Source: Chiloscyllium plagiosum (Eukaryota). Taken from it: a stretch of DNA of 64,000 bases. Positions within the stretch are counted from its first letter, which is position 1. Each line of letters starts with the position of its first letter. A program made the position numbers and the translations under genes. The stretch covers positions 11,098,507 to 11,162,506 of the forward strand of contig NC_057719.1 in assembly GCF_004010195.1 (NCBI RefSeq), given 5' to 3'. Below are positions 1 to 13,107 of this stretch, piece after piece. The notes under the pieces were generated by a model that was not told where the DNA came from, did no database searches, and was given only the letters and a program-made list of their open reading frames with translations.

Positions 1-612
1 TCATGGACAAAATCCAGACATGGGCTGACAAATTGTTAGTAACATTCATGTCACACAAGTGCCAGGCAATCACCATTTCCAACTCAAGGGAAACTAACCA
101 CCACCCTTTGATTTTCATTGATATCTGTATCATTGAATCCCCCTCTATCAACATCCTCGGGGTTACTGGAGTGTGACAGAACTCTCCCCTCTTGCCTAGA
201 TGGGTGCAGCTCCAACAAGAAGTTTGACACCATTCAGAACAAAGTAGCTCATTTGATTGGGACTACAACCACCACCTACGCTCAGTAGCAATAGCATGTA
301 GTATCTATAAGATATACTGCAGAAATTCATGAAGGCTCCGAAGACATCACCTTCCAAATCTTTCTCGAAGGACAAGGGCAGCAGATACATGGAAACACCA
401 GTACATACACATACCCCTCTAAGCAACACCATCTTGACTTGGAAATATATCGCCATTCCTTCAGTGTTGCTGGGCAAAATTCCTGGAACTCCCTTTCCAA
501 TGGCATTGTGGGTCAAGAAGGCATTTCACCGCCACGTTCTGAAGGGCAGCTAGGATGGAAAATGAATGCTAGCCCAGCCAGCAACGCTCATGGCCCACCA
601 GTGAATAAAAAA
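1..612 (+). mobile_element. Degenerate 3' part of a CR1/L2-group LINE (family B in this window)
   Basis: Start translates as DKIQTWADKLLVTFMSHKCQAITISN...ESPSINILGV (post-RT region of non-LTR elements). A 3' UTR ending aataaaaaa resembles copies at about 2700-3220, 11500-12350, 23810-24130, 37315-37940 and 60620-61700. Confidence 0.75.
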
Positions 613-677
613 GAATAAATCAGCATTGTTCCAGAGTTGATTGAGGCGGTGCTCCCTGGACATTTTATTTAAGTGCA

Positions 678-770
678 GGGCTCTTGTGGCACATTGGCAT
701 TATCTGTCCTTCTGGGCCAGAAGGCCCAGGTTCAATCCCACGTGCTCCAGAGGTATGTCATAACACTTTC
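678..770 (+). mobile_element. Short tRNA-derived SINE fragment
   Basis: A-box-like tggcacattgg and B-box-like ggttcaatccc at Pol III spacing; no intact cloverleaf. Confidence 0.45.
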
Positions 771-841
771 CTTAATGATTAATATAAGAAAGAAGAGCTG
801 GGTTGTTCGGGGGAGAAGGGGAGGGAGGAAGAACACGAAGT

Positions 842-932
842 TGAAACTTTATTGCTGGAACAGCACAGCAGGTCAGGCAGCATCCAGGGAACAGGAGATT
901 CGACGTTTCGGGCACAGGCCCTTCTTCAGGAA
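842..932 (-). mobile_element. Penelope-like element terminal fragment with 16-bp target-site duplication
   Basis: Matches the Penelope terminus at 10171-10299 and 18540-18638. Flanked by the exact direct repeat aggaagaacacgaagt (826-841 and 928-943). Confidence 0.8.
899..932 (-). ncRNA. Minimal hammerhead ribozyme motif (Penelope-associated)
   Basis: Minus strand reads UUC-CUGAAGA-A-GGGC-CUGU-GCCC-GAAA-C-GUC-GAA: core CUGANGA/GAAA/NUH, stem I UUC:GAA, stem II GGGC:GCCC, palindromic ACGU in place of stem III. Confidence 0.7.
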
Positions 933-2699
933 GAACACGAAGTGCCAAGCCAAGAAAGGTGGAAACTGACCTTTGTGCTAAACCAAAGATGTACCCTGCA
1001 AGCTTTGTTTTCTTTGCAAACATATTAAATTCCTCTCATAATTGAATTTGCTACCACTACACTCTCAGACAATCCAGGCCACAATTCGTTGCATTAAAAA
1101 AAGGCCCCTCATTCCACCTCTGAATCTTACCTTTTAGCTAATTACTGTACTTTAATCCTGGATCCTCTGGAACAACCCACCTGCCACTACAACAGCTCTT
1201 TCTTTTTTGCTCTGTTAAAAAACGCCTCAGAATTTTGAACATCACAATTATCAGCTCCAAGGAGAACAATTTCAGCATCACTACGCTCTCCATTTAGATA
1301 CAAAATTTTGCAGACAGCAGAGCAGAGCTTGGGTATCTCGGCCACTGGAAATCAGAGGTGTAACCCGTGCCCATCATTTAGCAAGTAGCTGAGGAACAGA
1401 GTATTGGCAGTGGGCCCGGCAACGTGTCACCTTCCTGCTCCCAATTGCAGTAAGTTAATGAATGATGAACGGCATTTACCAGACTTGTCAGAGTGGACAA
1501 ATAAAATGTGCCCCAGATAACCACCCAGGTACCATTAATCATGTCCTCCCATTTGCTGCAGAGAGTTTCAAAGGTCTTTTGTTTTCCTGTATTGACTGCA
1601 TCATGAAAGGACAGGACTCCTCCCATTAGCCAATTTCTGTTGATAAGCTTGAGATGTGCTAATTGCTGCCCAGTCCTGTTCACACAGTGCACTAACAGTA
1701 CTGCAGAAACTGCACTCATGTCCCTTAGCACAATATGTAATATTAATTTAATTGATAGCCTCTGGATGGCTCGAAGCAATTTATAGTTAAGGAACTACTT
1801 TTAAAGTATAGTCACTGTTATTGGAAGGTTGGCCAATTTGCATAAAGTTAACTCCCACGGACAGTAATAATATAATTGCAGCAATCTGTCTGCTTACAAT
1901 GTTGGTGAGGAATAAGCATTGGCAAAAACACTAGAGATAACAAAATAGGTATACGGTATATTTTACATCCACATAAAAAGACAGAAGTTCCTGAGTTGAT
2001 GGCAACAAGCCTTTGTCTTCTTGATTGTGCACTAGTTCATTGAACACTTCTCTGACAATCCAATTTACTCTGCCTGATATGAGGAATTGGTTGAATGCAC
2101 TAGAGAATACAAAGGCTATGGTCCCTGACAACAGCTCTGTACTCCAGACGTAGCCATGCCTCAGGCAAGCTGTTCCAGTACAGCTTCAACACTGGCATTG
2201 ACTTGCCGCTGTGGAAAATGTGCAGGTATGTCGTGGCCATAAAGCTCATCTGGCCAATCATGGCCAGATTAATCTACTCCCAATCATCAGGAAAGGAAGA
2301 TTTTGTTGATCGTGTTAACAAGCAGCATTAAGCAATGATCTGGTAACTAATGCTTAATTTGTGTCCTGCCATGGTCATTGTGCTCTTCATAGAATCGTAG
2401 AATCCCGACAGTGTGGAAGCAGGCCATTCGGCCCATCAAGTCCACACCGACCCTCCAAAAGAATCCCACCCTGACCCTCTTTATTTCATTGTAACCTTGG
2501 TGGAAACTTGATGGAAAGAGTAGAATTAAGGAGCATCAAGAAACCGTAGCAACAGTTACATCAATATGGATCAGCAGCTGCTAGTTGGAATCACTCCTGG
2601 CACAAAGGAGAATGTTGTGGCTTTTGCTGCGGTTCATTCAAGCTCCTTAATTCTACTCTTTCCATCAAGTTTCCACCAAAGTTACAATGAAATCAAGAG

Positions 2700-3222
2700 G
2701 GTCAGAGTGGGATTCTCTCCCAAAAAAGTGCCAAGCAATGACCATCACCAATAAGAGCGAATTTAACTATCTCCCATTGACATTCAGTGGCATTATCATC
2801 ATTGAATTCTCCTTCCATCAACATCCAGCATGGTATCATTGTGAAGAAATGAGACCAGCCATATAAATACACAATCGTTACAACTGGAGATCCAATCCTT
2901 GGAATTTTGTGGTGAGTAAATGACCTCCTGATGTTCCAGAGTCTGTCTACCATCTACATGGCACAAGTCAGAGGTGTAGAAGGACAAGGACAGCAGATAC
3001 TTATGAACATGCAAGTTCCACTGCAAGCCACTCACATACGTCTTGAAACTATACTGCAGTCCCTCGCTGTCACTGGCTCATAATACTGGAACTCTCTCCC
3101 ATTAGCACTGTGGTTGCACTACACCATATAGACTGCAGTGGTTCAAGGCAGCAGCTCACCATCATCTACTCAAGGGTAATTAAGGATAAGTAATAAATGT
3201 CAGCCTTGCCAGCATCACCCAC
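2700..3222 (+). mobile_element. Degenerate LINE family B 3' fragment
   Basis: Same sequence blocks as 1-612 (aagtgccaagcaatgaccatc, tcattgaattctcc, gcagcagctcaccatcatct). Confidence 0.65.
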
Positions 3223-5939
3223 AAAATACCACCAAGTTGTCTTATCTAATGTGCGTCCTTCAAACAGCAGTCATTGAAACAGATTGTCAGTAAATTATTT
3301 CATTGCTGCTTTTGGAAGCTTGCAATGTGCAAATTTGTTGCTGTGATTCAGAGTAAAGCATCGGGTGCACTTCAACAGTACTTCACTGGCTGTGTAGGGT
3401 TTTGCAACCTTTGCCAGCACACAGCTGTTCAAACCTTCCAATGTACCAGGTTATCAGGGTAAGCAGGAATGTGAAGAAACCAGTGCAGCCATCATCTTCT
3501 AGAAGTAAGGAACAGACTCAAGGGGCTGTGGGCTATCTCTGCTCCTAATTCACAAAGTTGCAACACTGAAACCTCACCACTTGTGGCTGTGCCATGAAGT
3601 TGTCATGACAGTGAACTCCATTATGAACCACTCTGCCTCTCCGTTGCCCTAATTCTCCTTTCAGACCTTCCAATTCTCTAACCAAGGCTCCAGTCGCCTC
3701 TCCAAATATATTCATCTTTGGCTCGACATCTTTTTTATTAAAACGGCATCTCGTGAACTGCTTTTAGCAGCTTTTTAAAGACGTGTTAAAACCTTTACAG
3801 AAGTGCTCTTGATGATACTGTTAATCTCAGGCAGTGGATCAGTGTGGTCAGAAAGGAAGATGACTCTGCTCAAGTGGCAATGACATTACATTGTCACATA
3901 ACAACGTTATTTCATTTTACAGCAATGTTCAACAAATAGTGTTCTATCAACTGATTGATCTCCCATTGTTAGAGATCTATTATTAGTCAATGAGCTTATG
4001 ACACTGGAGGAGGACAAATAGGATATTCATTGTTAATTGGCAGACAAACTTAGATAAATCAAAACCAGTGGAGGATTATGTCTGAGATTATAAAGAGTTT
4101 TTTTCTAGTTATGTGGGATGGGAGGCAGCTTTTCCAGAAACACAGATAGGGGAATAGTTTGATACTTGAAAGGCAGATAATAAATGAATATTATTCTTGT
4201 CTAATTCAAGATTGTTGACACATAAGATCTGCGTTGCATGAATGTATCTGCAAAATTATTTAAACAGAACATTTCAGAGACTTACATTTACATAAATAAA
4301 TGTATCTAAATAATCAATACCTATAGTGCATGGCCAATCAATCACATTTGCTGTTTTCTTGGTGAGTGGTCAAGACCACTTGTATACACATCCCAAAGAT
4401 GGCAATAGAACTAATGACCACTCGATGTTTTGGGCATTGGTTGGCACATCGTTTTGCCAAAAAGAAAATTGCTGAGATGTCTTTTGAGTCCATCTAAGTG
4501 AAGCTTAATGGCTCATTGAAAGACAACAGAACCCATCACCCTGGTGCCCAGGGAAATGTCAACTCAATTTAAGTATTGGAGTCCTGATTGGGATGCAAAC
4601 CAATTGCCACCAGAAATGCAAATATTACTACTGAGCCAAGCTAACAGTCTTCAGCTAATCAAATATCAAATATTAACGATGCAAGTTAGATAATTAGGTA
4701 AATACATTGGGAGATTTTTAATACTAGATACATATGGTTTGAAAGTGTATATATTGTTTTAGAGAAAAGTTAGAATCAACAAAATACAACTAACTGTCAA
4801 ACTGATAAACTCATATGGATAATTATTTATCAGATTGAACAATTTGTGTTGGACTTTGTGGGTTCTAGAACAGGAAGTGGGGTGATGGTGGGGCTAGTGG
4901 CTTTTGCTGAAAATTAGGATGGAGCATAGGGTGGAGTGTACCACATCTTCCTGCCTCTAGAACATTCTGCCAATGGTGGGCTATTTGCAGGGGTGTTCTC
5001 CCATACGTAGGGCAACTGTGACACCTAAGGGCCTTCCCAGTGTATCTCCTCAGCCCTGAGGCTTGAAACTGCCTGACGCTGATCCCACTAACCTTTCTGC
5101 TCCATGAGCTGGTTGCAGTTCCAGCAGCGGCCACAACTCCCAGTGCCATTGCTGGAGCTGAGGGCTGGCCAACCATGCATACAGAGGGGAGGATCCTATC
5201 CTTTTCATTAAGGGACAGGAGCTCCATAGGCAGTCTGTTAGCTGCAAGACAGGTATAAAATCCAGTTAAGGTCCTCCATTCAACCAAGGCAATCAGTGCT
5301 CTGGATTCATCACCCTGTCATAGTCCAGCCTTTAGCTTCTCATTTCCAGACAGTGCACTGATCGCTGGATTGAAAATTCTCACTGACTAGTTTTAGCCTA
5401 TTGTGTATTCTCTTTATTAATGATCCTATTTATTTTATAGAATCATGTGGCACAGAAGGAGCTCATTCAGCCCATCATGTTTGTGCTGGCCCTTTTGCAG
5501 TGGTCACCAATAAGTCTTACTCCCTTGTTCCTTTCCCATAGCCTTCCAGAATCCAGAGGACTCAATTTGAACTGAACCAACTATTCATTAAAGAATAGAG
5601 TTCAATCTTTTGTTTAACCTTGGGTTAACAATAAGGTGAGTGAAATAACTGGCTTCCCCCAGTGCTATACCAATATAGTGAACATCTCTCACATATTTCA
5701 ATAAATAATTTGAGATATGTGTGACATTAGTAAATCTGACAATTATTGTCTGCCCTAGGCGCATTTAGAAAATTGCAATAAATTGTAATTGCCAAGCCAC
5801 TTCAAAGGGCAGCTAAGAGTCAACCATATTGATGTCAGGCAAGAGTCACATGTGGCAGATTGCTTATGGATAGCATGCTTCCTTCATGAAAGGGCCAATG
5901 GTTTTAATGGACCAGTTGGGTTTATTTGTTTTGTTGTTG

Positions 5940-6180
5940 CCAACAACATTATCCATTTATAAAGCACCTTTACCAAGCTTACATATCCACAGTGTTTCAG
6001 AGGAGAGCCATCAAATAAAATCTGTTACTGAAAGCTTGATCAAAGAGGTAGGTGTTAAGGAGGAGGGAGTTGGAGGGGCCGAGGGAAGGAATTTTGATGC
6101 CTAATGCTTGGAGAGTTGAAGGCACAGCCGGCGAGGGTGAAGGCACTTCGGAACTGAGGTACCCCGGAGAACTAGTTGAG
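5940..6180 (-). mobile_element. Old L2-like LINE 3' end
   Basis: caacaac...atttataaagcacctt...gatcaaagaggtagg pattern, recurring at about 26238, 44400, 50725 and 63895. Confidence 0.5.
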
Positions 6181-8128
6181 TAACAAAATCATTACATAAA
6201 CATACCAAATTAACGAGGAAAGGAATTCCATCCAAATTCCCAACATATTCAAATTGTGTGATTTTCCTTAGTAACTTCTATCACCTGCAGTAAGGTGCAA
6301 AGGGTCAATTTAATCAAGGATGATAGTAGTAAGCATCTTGTACAAGATTTTGAATAAATAAGATGTAGCAAACTACTTGCGTAACAAAATACAACTCTTT
6401 ATTTAACAGAGATCAAGGGTAAGTAATTAAGCTTCTAACAATATATTAATTAAATCAGAGTAGCCAGTATTAAATCCCAATTATCTTGACTGTTGCTGTC
6501 CAAGGACACAGTTCAATAACTGTGAATTCAATTTGGCTTTCCAATTGGTGCTGTTAGGCTTTTATGATCTAATCATACTAGATGCTCTCAGGCAATTATC
6601 TACACGAGAAGACAGACAACCCACGGAAATTAGCAACATACAGGAATCACATTCAGGCCTAATATAATTTATTTGCTTCTGATAATCCCCAAACATTGGA
6701 AAAAAGGACAGAAAATAGTGGAACTCATCATCAGGTCTGGCAGTACCCTGGAGCCAGCAACAGCATTAACATTTCATGCCTGTGACCTATCCTCAGAAAA
6801 CCGAAGGAAAGGTCACCAACCTGAAACCAGAACTCTCTTCCTCTCTTCACAGATGCTGCTGTCTCTATGGAGTATTTCCAGCATCTGGAATATTTTGCTC
6901 TGCACCACATTAGAGCTGCATTTTTTCTGGTAATGAAACCCCTGCCATAATCCCCTTTTACCCAGCATTGGCTATGGCTGAACCACACTGAACAAAGTTC
7001 AACATATAGAAAGCATAAAGAAAGAAAGCTGCAAAAAGCATTCACCTTCACTTCTCCATTATCTGAGCACTCCTAGGATAACAAGTATGTTATCTGAAGT
7101 ATACAAGGCAAATTGCAATGATCTATGATGAGGGGAACTTAATGTGCCGAGTGGGATTTATTCACATCATGCTTTCAATGTTCTCATGATAGAGCTCCAT
7201 TTTCTAACCCATCACTTCAACCAGCAGTGTGCATCTAAGAGGATTTTGTTCTCTTACTGAGTAAATCTGATTTTTACAACCGGTTTTATCTTCCTCACTG
7301 TCCTCAGATCACAATTACTTCATAATTCCCATGGGTCAAGTTTCTTCTTCATCATTTCCTCCACATTTTCATATCCTGTAATGATCTCGGTTATGAGAAT
7401 GCTGGTGAAGCTGGATATATTTGTTCAGATCTGACTTGATAGACCAGAATCTTTTGAAGTTTGTGTGGAAGAAATATTTTTTTGATTAAAAATGTGTGAA
7501 GAGACCAAGGATAAGAAAATAAATTGAAACACCAAAACAATCCTTATAGTGAAAACTTAAATAAAACATAGAAAAGTAATAATGACTAGATAGGCACACT
7601 AAACAAGAAAAATAATAATGCTAAACAATAGGCTCCTATCTTAAAACTGAATTCAACAGACTTAACCCAGCTTATTTTTTTTTTACGGTAGCATTCACTC
7701 AGTTCTAGAAAATTGTTCCTTAATATTCTGAGCTTAGCTGCAGAGGTCACAGCTCAGGTTTGCTGTATACCCACATCAAAATGCACCCTGCTCCAAGTAG
7801 TCAGATGCTGTGATACCAAACACGGGTTCACACCCCCTTGACTTCCATTCCAGAGTTAGACTTCTCACTTCAGAATGCTGCTTAACCCTAACCAATTCTC
7901 TACAACTCACTTTTTCTCTCTCTCTCAAGGTATAGAACTGAGTTCTTTGTTTAACCAGGCTGAATGTCTGTAACCTCTAGATCAGCTTTCTTCTTATTTA
8001 TTTATGTTTTTAAAACAAAAACCCACCAGTTTTTGTTGAGTGCACAGTTCCATCCTCCGCTATTATCTGCAGAACAACATTCAGGGCTTTTTTGCTTCTA
8101 AATCCTCCAAACAGAAGAGTGGAACTAA

Positions 8129-8430
8129 GGTGGCACAGTGGTGTGCACTGCAGACTCACAATGCCAGGGACCTGGGTTCGATTTCACCCTCAGGTGACTG
8201 CCTGTGTGGAGTGTGCACATTCGCCCCGTGTCTGCGTGGGTTTCCTCCCGGTGCTTTGGTTTCCTCCCACAGTCCAAAGATGTGCAGCATAAGTGGATTG
8301 GCCATGCTAAATTGCCATAGAATGCAGGCTAGACAGATTAGCCGTGGGAAATGCATGGTTACAGGGGCTGGATGGGATTATCTTAGAGGGACAGTATGGA
8401 CCTGATGGGTCAAATGGCCTGTAGAGATTC
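8129..8430 (+). mobile_element. HE1-type V-SINE (diverged)
   Basis: tRNA-like head ggtggcacagtgg...gggttcgatt, then the V-domain ccccgtgtctgcgtgggtttcctcc...cctcccacagtccaaagatgtgc. Confidence 0.85.
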
Positions 8431-8699
8431 ACAGAATTTGGCTTTTGCCGCACTGAAAATGCCCTTCGGCCCATCATGTTTGTAACGGTCATCAAACATC
8501 AATCTATTTGAACCCTATTTCCCAGCACTCAGCCTGTAGCCTCGTAAACTATAACAATCCAAGTGTTCATCTAAAGGGTTTTTAAATGTCTTGAGGATCC
8601 TTGTCTTTACCACCCTTTTAGCAGTGAGCTCAAGACACTTCAAAGCCTCCAGGTGCATTCTTGCTAAATGCCCAGTTCCTTATCTTAAAATTACATTGT

Positions 8700-8834
8700 T
8701 TCTAGGGTTATGGAGATAAGGCAGGAACAGGATACTGATTAAGGATGATCAGCCATGATCATATTGAATGGTGGTGCAGGCTCAAAGGGCAGCATGGCCT
8801 ACTCCTGCACCTATTGTCTATTGTCTATTGTCTA
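8700..8834 (+). mobile_element. CR1 LINE 3' tail with (ATTGTCT)n terminus
   Basis: gatcagccatgatcatattgaatgg...ggcctactcctgcacctattgtctattgtctattgtcta. Confidence 0.7.
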
Positions 8835-9129
8835 GGCAGGATAAACCAAACTGAAAAATTCATTTTTAACTGAAAGCATGATTCTATCCTTAACATAACT
8901 CACAAGAGAGACAGTTATAACAACAGCCCAAAGAAACAGTGAAGCATAAAACCAATTTAATTACTGATGCAGAAATATGTTTTTTTCTGCTTGAACTTAA
9001 TTAAGTCCACTCACTCATTAAATTCACACCGGCTATATTCAAATTGTGAAACTAGCCTGGAAAGAGCTCATAGATATGTATAGGTTGACACCGCAACGTC
9101 TTCTTTCAGCTTCTCCCATTCTACTTAGG

Positions 9130-9775
9130 GGTCACTCACAGGACATCCATCAATCTTGGAAAGAACACTTGCAACAACTCCTCAACTGTGAGTCAACAGT
9201 GGCAGCAAATACTCTCCAAGCTCTCCCTCACTACCCTGTGGGAGAATCAATAAGTATAAACCACCATCAATGAAACAGCTGCAACAAACAATCAAATAGA
9301 TGAAAAATAACATAACCTGCAGTCCCGATAGTATTCCAGCTGAAGTCTTCGAGGATAATGGGCTTTTGTTCACACCTACATTCCACATGCACATTTAGGA
9401 GGTAAATAAACTAACATCAAGAATGTGACCATTGTAAGTATCTTCATGAAAAGAGAAGTCATGCAGTGGAAGCTTCCCTACTGTCTATAACAGGGAAAGT
9501 CCTGACACACGCACATTTTCCTTGATCACCCACCTCCTGTGGATAAGAAATTCCTCGGAACGACACTCAGATTAGCTTTAGACGTTGCAGAGGCGTCTCT
9601 GAAGTAGCGTTCATTGACAGGCAAATCCAGGAAAATTGTCAAGAACATGATTGCGAACTGTTCAGTATGTTCCGCAACCTGATCAAAGTATTTGACTCAG
9701 TACATCACAAGGCTTCTGTGGATTGTGCACCAGAGATTTGGATGTAAAAGAAATGTCACCACAATGTGATTCCAA
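9130..9775 (+). mobile_element. Degenerate RTE-like LINE reverse-transcriptase fragment
   Basis: Frameshifted motifs WKEHLQQLLNCES, SPDSIPAEVF, RQIQENCQE and LIKVFDSV, typical of RTE-clade ORF2. Confidence 0.6.
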
Positions 9776-10170
9776 CCAATAGAATGGCCAGAGAAAATGC
9801 TACCCTCCTTCTTGAAGCCAACTCTGCAAATACCAAGGTAACGCCTCTGCAAGATCAAACACGGTGCACTGGTCATTGTGTCTGATTGGATGAAAGTCAG
9901 GTGAATTAGGGAATTTTGTGTACTTATTAAAATCTTTAATTTTTGGGATGACCCTACCCCTGTGGCCCTTGACAATACTCCACCACATATTTTCTAATTA
10001 CTTCAACCAGAGCTAATCTGTCACGTCATTTCCATTTTCATGCTTCCATCCTCCACCTTCAGTGATCCCAGGTACTTGAGGCTACTCGCTTTCTCCAAAT
10101 TTCCACTGACAAACTTTACAACTTTCCTCTAATCTTCTTCCCTCGTCTCAAACTGATAGCTCATCCGTTG

Positions 10171-10299
10171 AGAGAAAGTGAGGACAGCAGATGCTAGAGA
10201 TCAGAGTCAAGAGTGTGGTGCTGGAAAAGCACAGCAGGTGAGGCAGCATCCGAGGAGCAGGAGAGTCGATGTTTCGGGCGTACGCCCTTCGTCAGGAAT
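10171..10299 (-). mobile_element. Penelope-like terminal fragment with hammerhead motif
   Basis: gagaaagtgaggacagcagatgct...gtgctggaaaagcacagcagg...; minus strand at 10265-10299 reads CUGACGA-A-GGGC-GUAC-GCCC-GAAA-C-AUC. Confidence 0.8.
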
Positions 10300-10409
10300 T
10301 AAGTCCATTCGTTGGGTCAATTTCACAGTTTGCCACTGTAACATTGAACCACTTTAACTTTATTTACCTACCATTCAACTAAGACAAACTATCTCTATTG
10401 GTTGAAGCT

Positions 10410-10702
10410 TCAGGGAACCAGGGGACATAGCCTACGAATTAGGGTGATGCCATTCAATACGTAGGTTAGAAAGTGCGTCTATACACAAAGAGTAGGGAAG
10501 GTTTGGAACTTCCTTCCTCAAACAGTGGTCGATGATGTTATATTTAAGTCTGATATAGGCAAACTTTTATTTAGCAAGGGTATCAAGGGATACGGGTCCA
10601 AGGCAAATATATGGAGTTAGGCCACAAATCAGCCAAGATCTTATTGACTGGGAAAGCAAGCTTGAGAAACTGAATGGCCTATTCCTGTTCCTATGGTCCT
10701 AA
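10410..10702 (+). mobile_element. Old CR1 LINE 3' end
   Basis: accagggggacatagcct...tggcctattcctgttcctatg; CR1 C-terminal and 3' UTR pattern. Confidence 0.6.
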
Positions 10703-11499
10703 CTGGATTCTGGAATGACCTTGGTCATCTGAATCTAACTTGAGAAATCTATTGATGTTAAGTTTCCTCTTCATTAAGATGTTGAAGCTGGGAGTGACTT
10801 GAAATTTTCAAAACTAACATGGCTGAATTTTTGAGAGGGCAAAGGCTACAATTCAAAGCAGGTAGATAAAGTCAAGTTATAATTCAACCCTTGTCAAATT
10901 GAAAGAACAGACTGAGGGGGGGAATGGCCAACATCTGTTCCCATGTTCTTGTACTGCCATTGATTCTTTGGGTCTCCCAATAAAATGGAAACATTATTTT
11001 GGGATGTGCCAGTTCTCCTCCTCTCAAATTTTCAAGGAAAAGGGAAGAAAAGTATGAAAACATCAATGAATCAAGATTGAAGTTATCCAGCAAATCCCAT
11101 CATCACACACGGTTTTATGAGATAACTTGCATTCATATAATGTCCTTTAAGACTTCATTCTGACCATCTCAGAGCACTTACCTTAGGGGAAGATGGTGAC
11201 CCAGTGGTCATGTTACTGGGCCACCAATTCCAGACGCCTAGGCTACTGTTCTGATTCATGGACTTAAATCTCAACACAACTGCCAGATGTATCAAATTCA
11301 AAGTCAAAACTCACCTTATCCACCATCTTACACAGTTACTACCTGATCACATGATACATTACAGCAACTCGCCAATACGCCTTTGACAGTAAGTTCAAAC
11401 ATACATGTCCAGCTATAAAAAAGAATCCAGTGCTTCAGCATACCACCAACTCCAAATACCACGGTAGGTCACACACCATCCTCACTTGGACATGAGATC

Positions 11500-12357
11500 T
11501 GCCTTCCTGAGCTTCTGCAGCCCATTTGGTATAGGTAGACCCATGTTGAGGAGGGAGTTCCAGGATTTAAACCCAGTGAAGGAATATTAATACATTTCCA
11601 AGTTAGGATGGCGAGTAATTTGGAGGGTGATGGTTTTCCATGCATCCGCTTCTGAATGAGAATGGGTGTGGGTTTGAAAGATGTTGGCTGGGAGACTTCA
11701 TGAATTTCTGCTGTACATCTTATAGATGATGCACACTGCTGTTACTGAATTTTGTTGGTGGAGAGAATGAATGTTTCTGGATACCGTCCCAATCAAGTGG
11801 CCTGTTTGTACTGGATGGTGTCAAGCTTTTTAAATGTTATTGGCACTTAGCAAGGCTACTGGGAAGTATTCCATCATGCTTCTGAATTGCACCTTGTAAA
11901 TAGGGCCTTGGGGAGTCATGAGGTGAATTAGTCTTTGCAGGATTCCTAGCCTCTGACCCAACAAAATTGACCGAACGAATGGACTTAATAGCCACTGTAT
12001 TTATAAGGCTAATCCAGTTCAGTTTCTGGTCAATGTTAACCCCAGCATGTTGATTGTAGGGGGTATTCATTGATGGCATTGTTTTTGAATATTAAGGGGT
12101 GACAGTTAGATTCTTTATTGGAGATGGCCATTACCTGGCAATTGTGTGCAGCAAACGTTGCTTGCCACTTGTCAGCCCAAGCCTGATATTGTCCAGGTCT
12201 TGAACATGAACTACTTCAGCAGCGACCATCGCTAATTCTGACCTTATGATAGACGGTAGGTCATTGATGAAGCAGCTGAAGATGGTTGGTTCTTGGACAT
12301 TATCCTGAGGAACTCCTACAGAGATGCCTTGGAGCTAAGATGACAGATCTCCAACAC
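11500..12357 (-). mobile_element. Degenerate LINE family B
   Basis: ORF 11837-12079 contains GVNIDQKLNWISLINTVA; the adjacent minus-strand sequence is a decayed RT segment (GVPQDNVQEPTIFSCFINDLPSII). Confidence 0.75.
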
Positions 12358-12362
12358 ATTGT

Positions 12363-12660
12363 GGGCGGAACAGCGGCACAGTGATTAGCACTGCTGCCTC
12401 ACAGCTCCAGAGACCCAGATTCAATTCCCGCCTGTGTGGAGTTGCACATTTTTCCCGTGTCTGCGTGGGTTTCCTCCAGGTGCTCCGGTTTCCTCCCACA
12501 GTCCAAAGATGTGCTGGTTAGGTGAATTGGCCATGCTAAATTGTCAGTAGTGTTAGGTGAAGGGGTAAATGCAGGGGAATGGGTCTGGGTGGATTGCTCT
12601 TCGGAGGGTTGGTGTGGACTTGTTGGGCTGAAGGGCCTGTTTCAACACTGTAAGTAATCT
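12363..12660 (+). mobile_element. HE1-type V-SINE
   Basis: Complete head (gggcggaacagcggcacagtgattagcactgctgcctcacag), V-domain and CR1-like tail gggcctgtttcaacactgtaagtaatct. Confidence 0.9.
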
Positions 12661-12948
12661 GACCAAAACCATCTTCATTGGTGATTTCATTCCTCACTGG
12701 CATGTATTTACATTCTCCTTATCCTTTCTGAGTCAGTTTCTTCCCCATCGTTTTCTGGTACCTTTCTCAGTGGGTATTTGAATCAATCATAAAACATTTT
12801 AAGTTGGTAATGCACAAAAGATCACAGTTCAAGGAATTGAGAAACAAGACATATTTGGGCATGTGTTATTCTTGAGGTTACAGACTGTGGATCACTCCAA
12901 ATGTCATTGCATTTGCCGCTAATGGTTTTAATAAAATGTTCCATTTAC

Positions 12949-13107
12949 CTCCATCAAAATGACATCGTTGGCACATTGACTGCGCACCTTCGGGTGCTGG
13001 ACTTTGACTGCCACTGTCCTTCCATCATGTAATACTGCCTTGTGAACTTGGGCCCACGATGCTGCACCCAATGGGGTTTCTTCAAACCTGGCAAACAGCT
13101 GAGGAAT
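12949..13107 (-). CDS. ADCK1: Internal coding exon of aarF-domain-containing kinase 1 (UbiB/ABC1 atypical kinase)
   Basis: 159 nt, phase 0-0, canonical acceptor ttttcacag|ATT and donor GAG|gtaaat. Encodes IPQLFARFEETPLGAASWAQVHKAVLHDGRTVAVKVQHPKVRSQCANDVILME, including the UbiB alanine-rich loop and the VAVK lysine. As recalled, it closely resembles vertebrate ADCK1 (TPLGTASLAQVHKAVLHDGRTVAVKVQHP). Confidence 0.92.
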
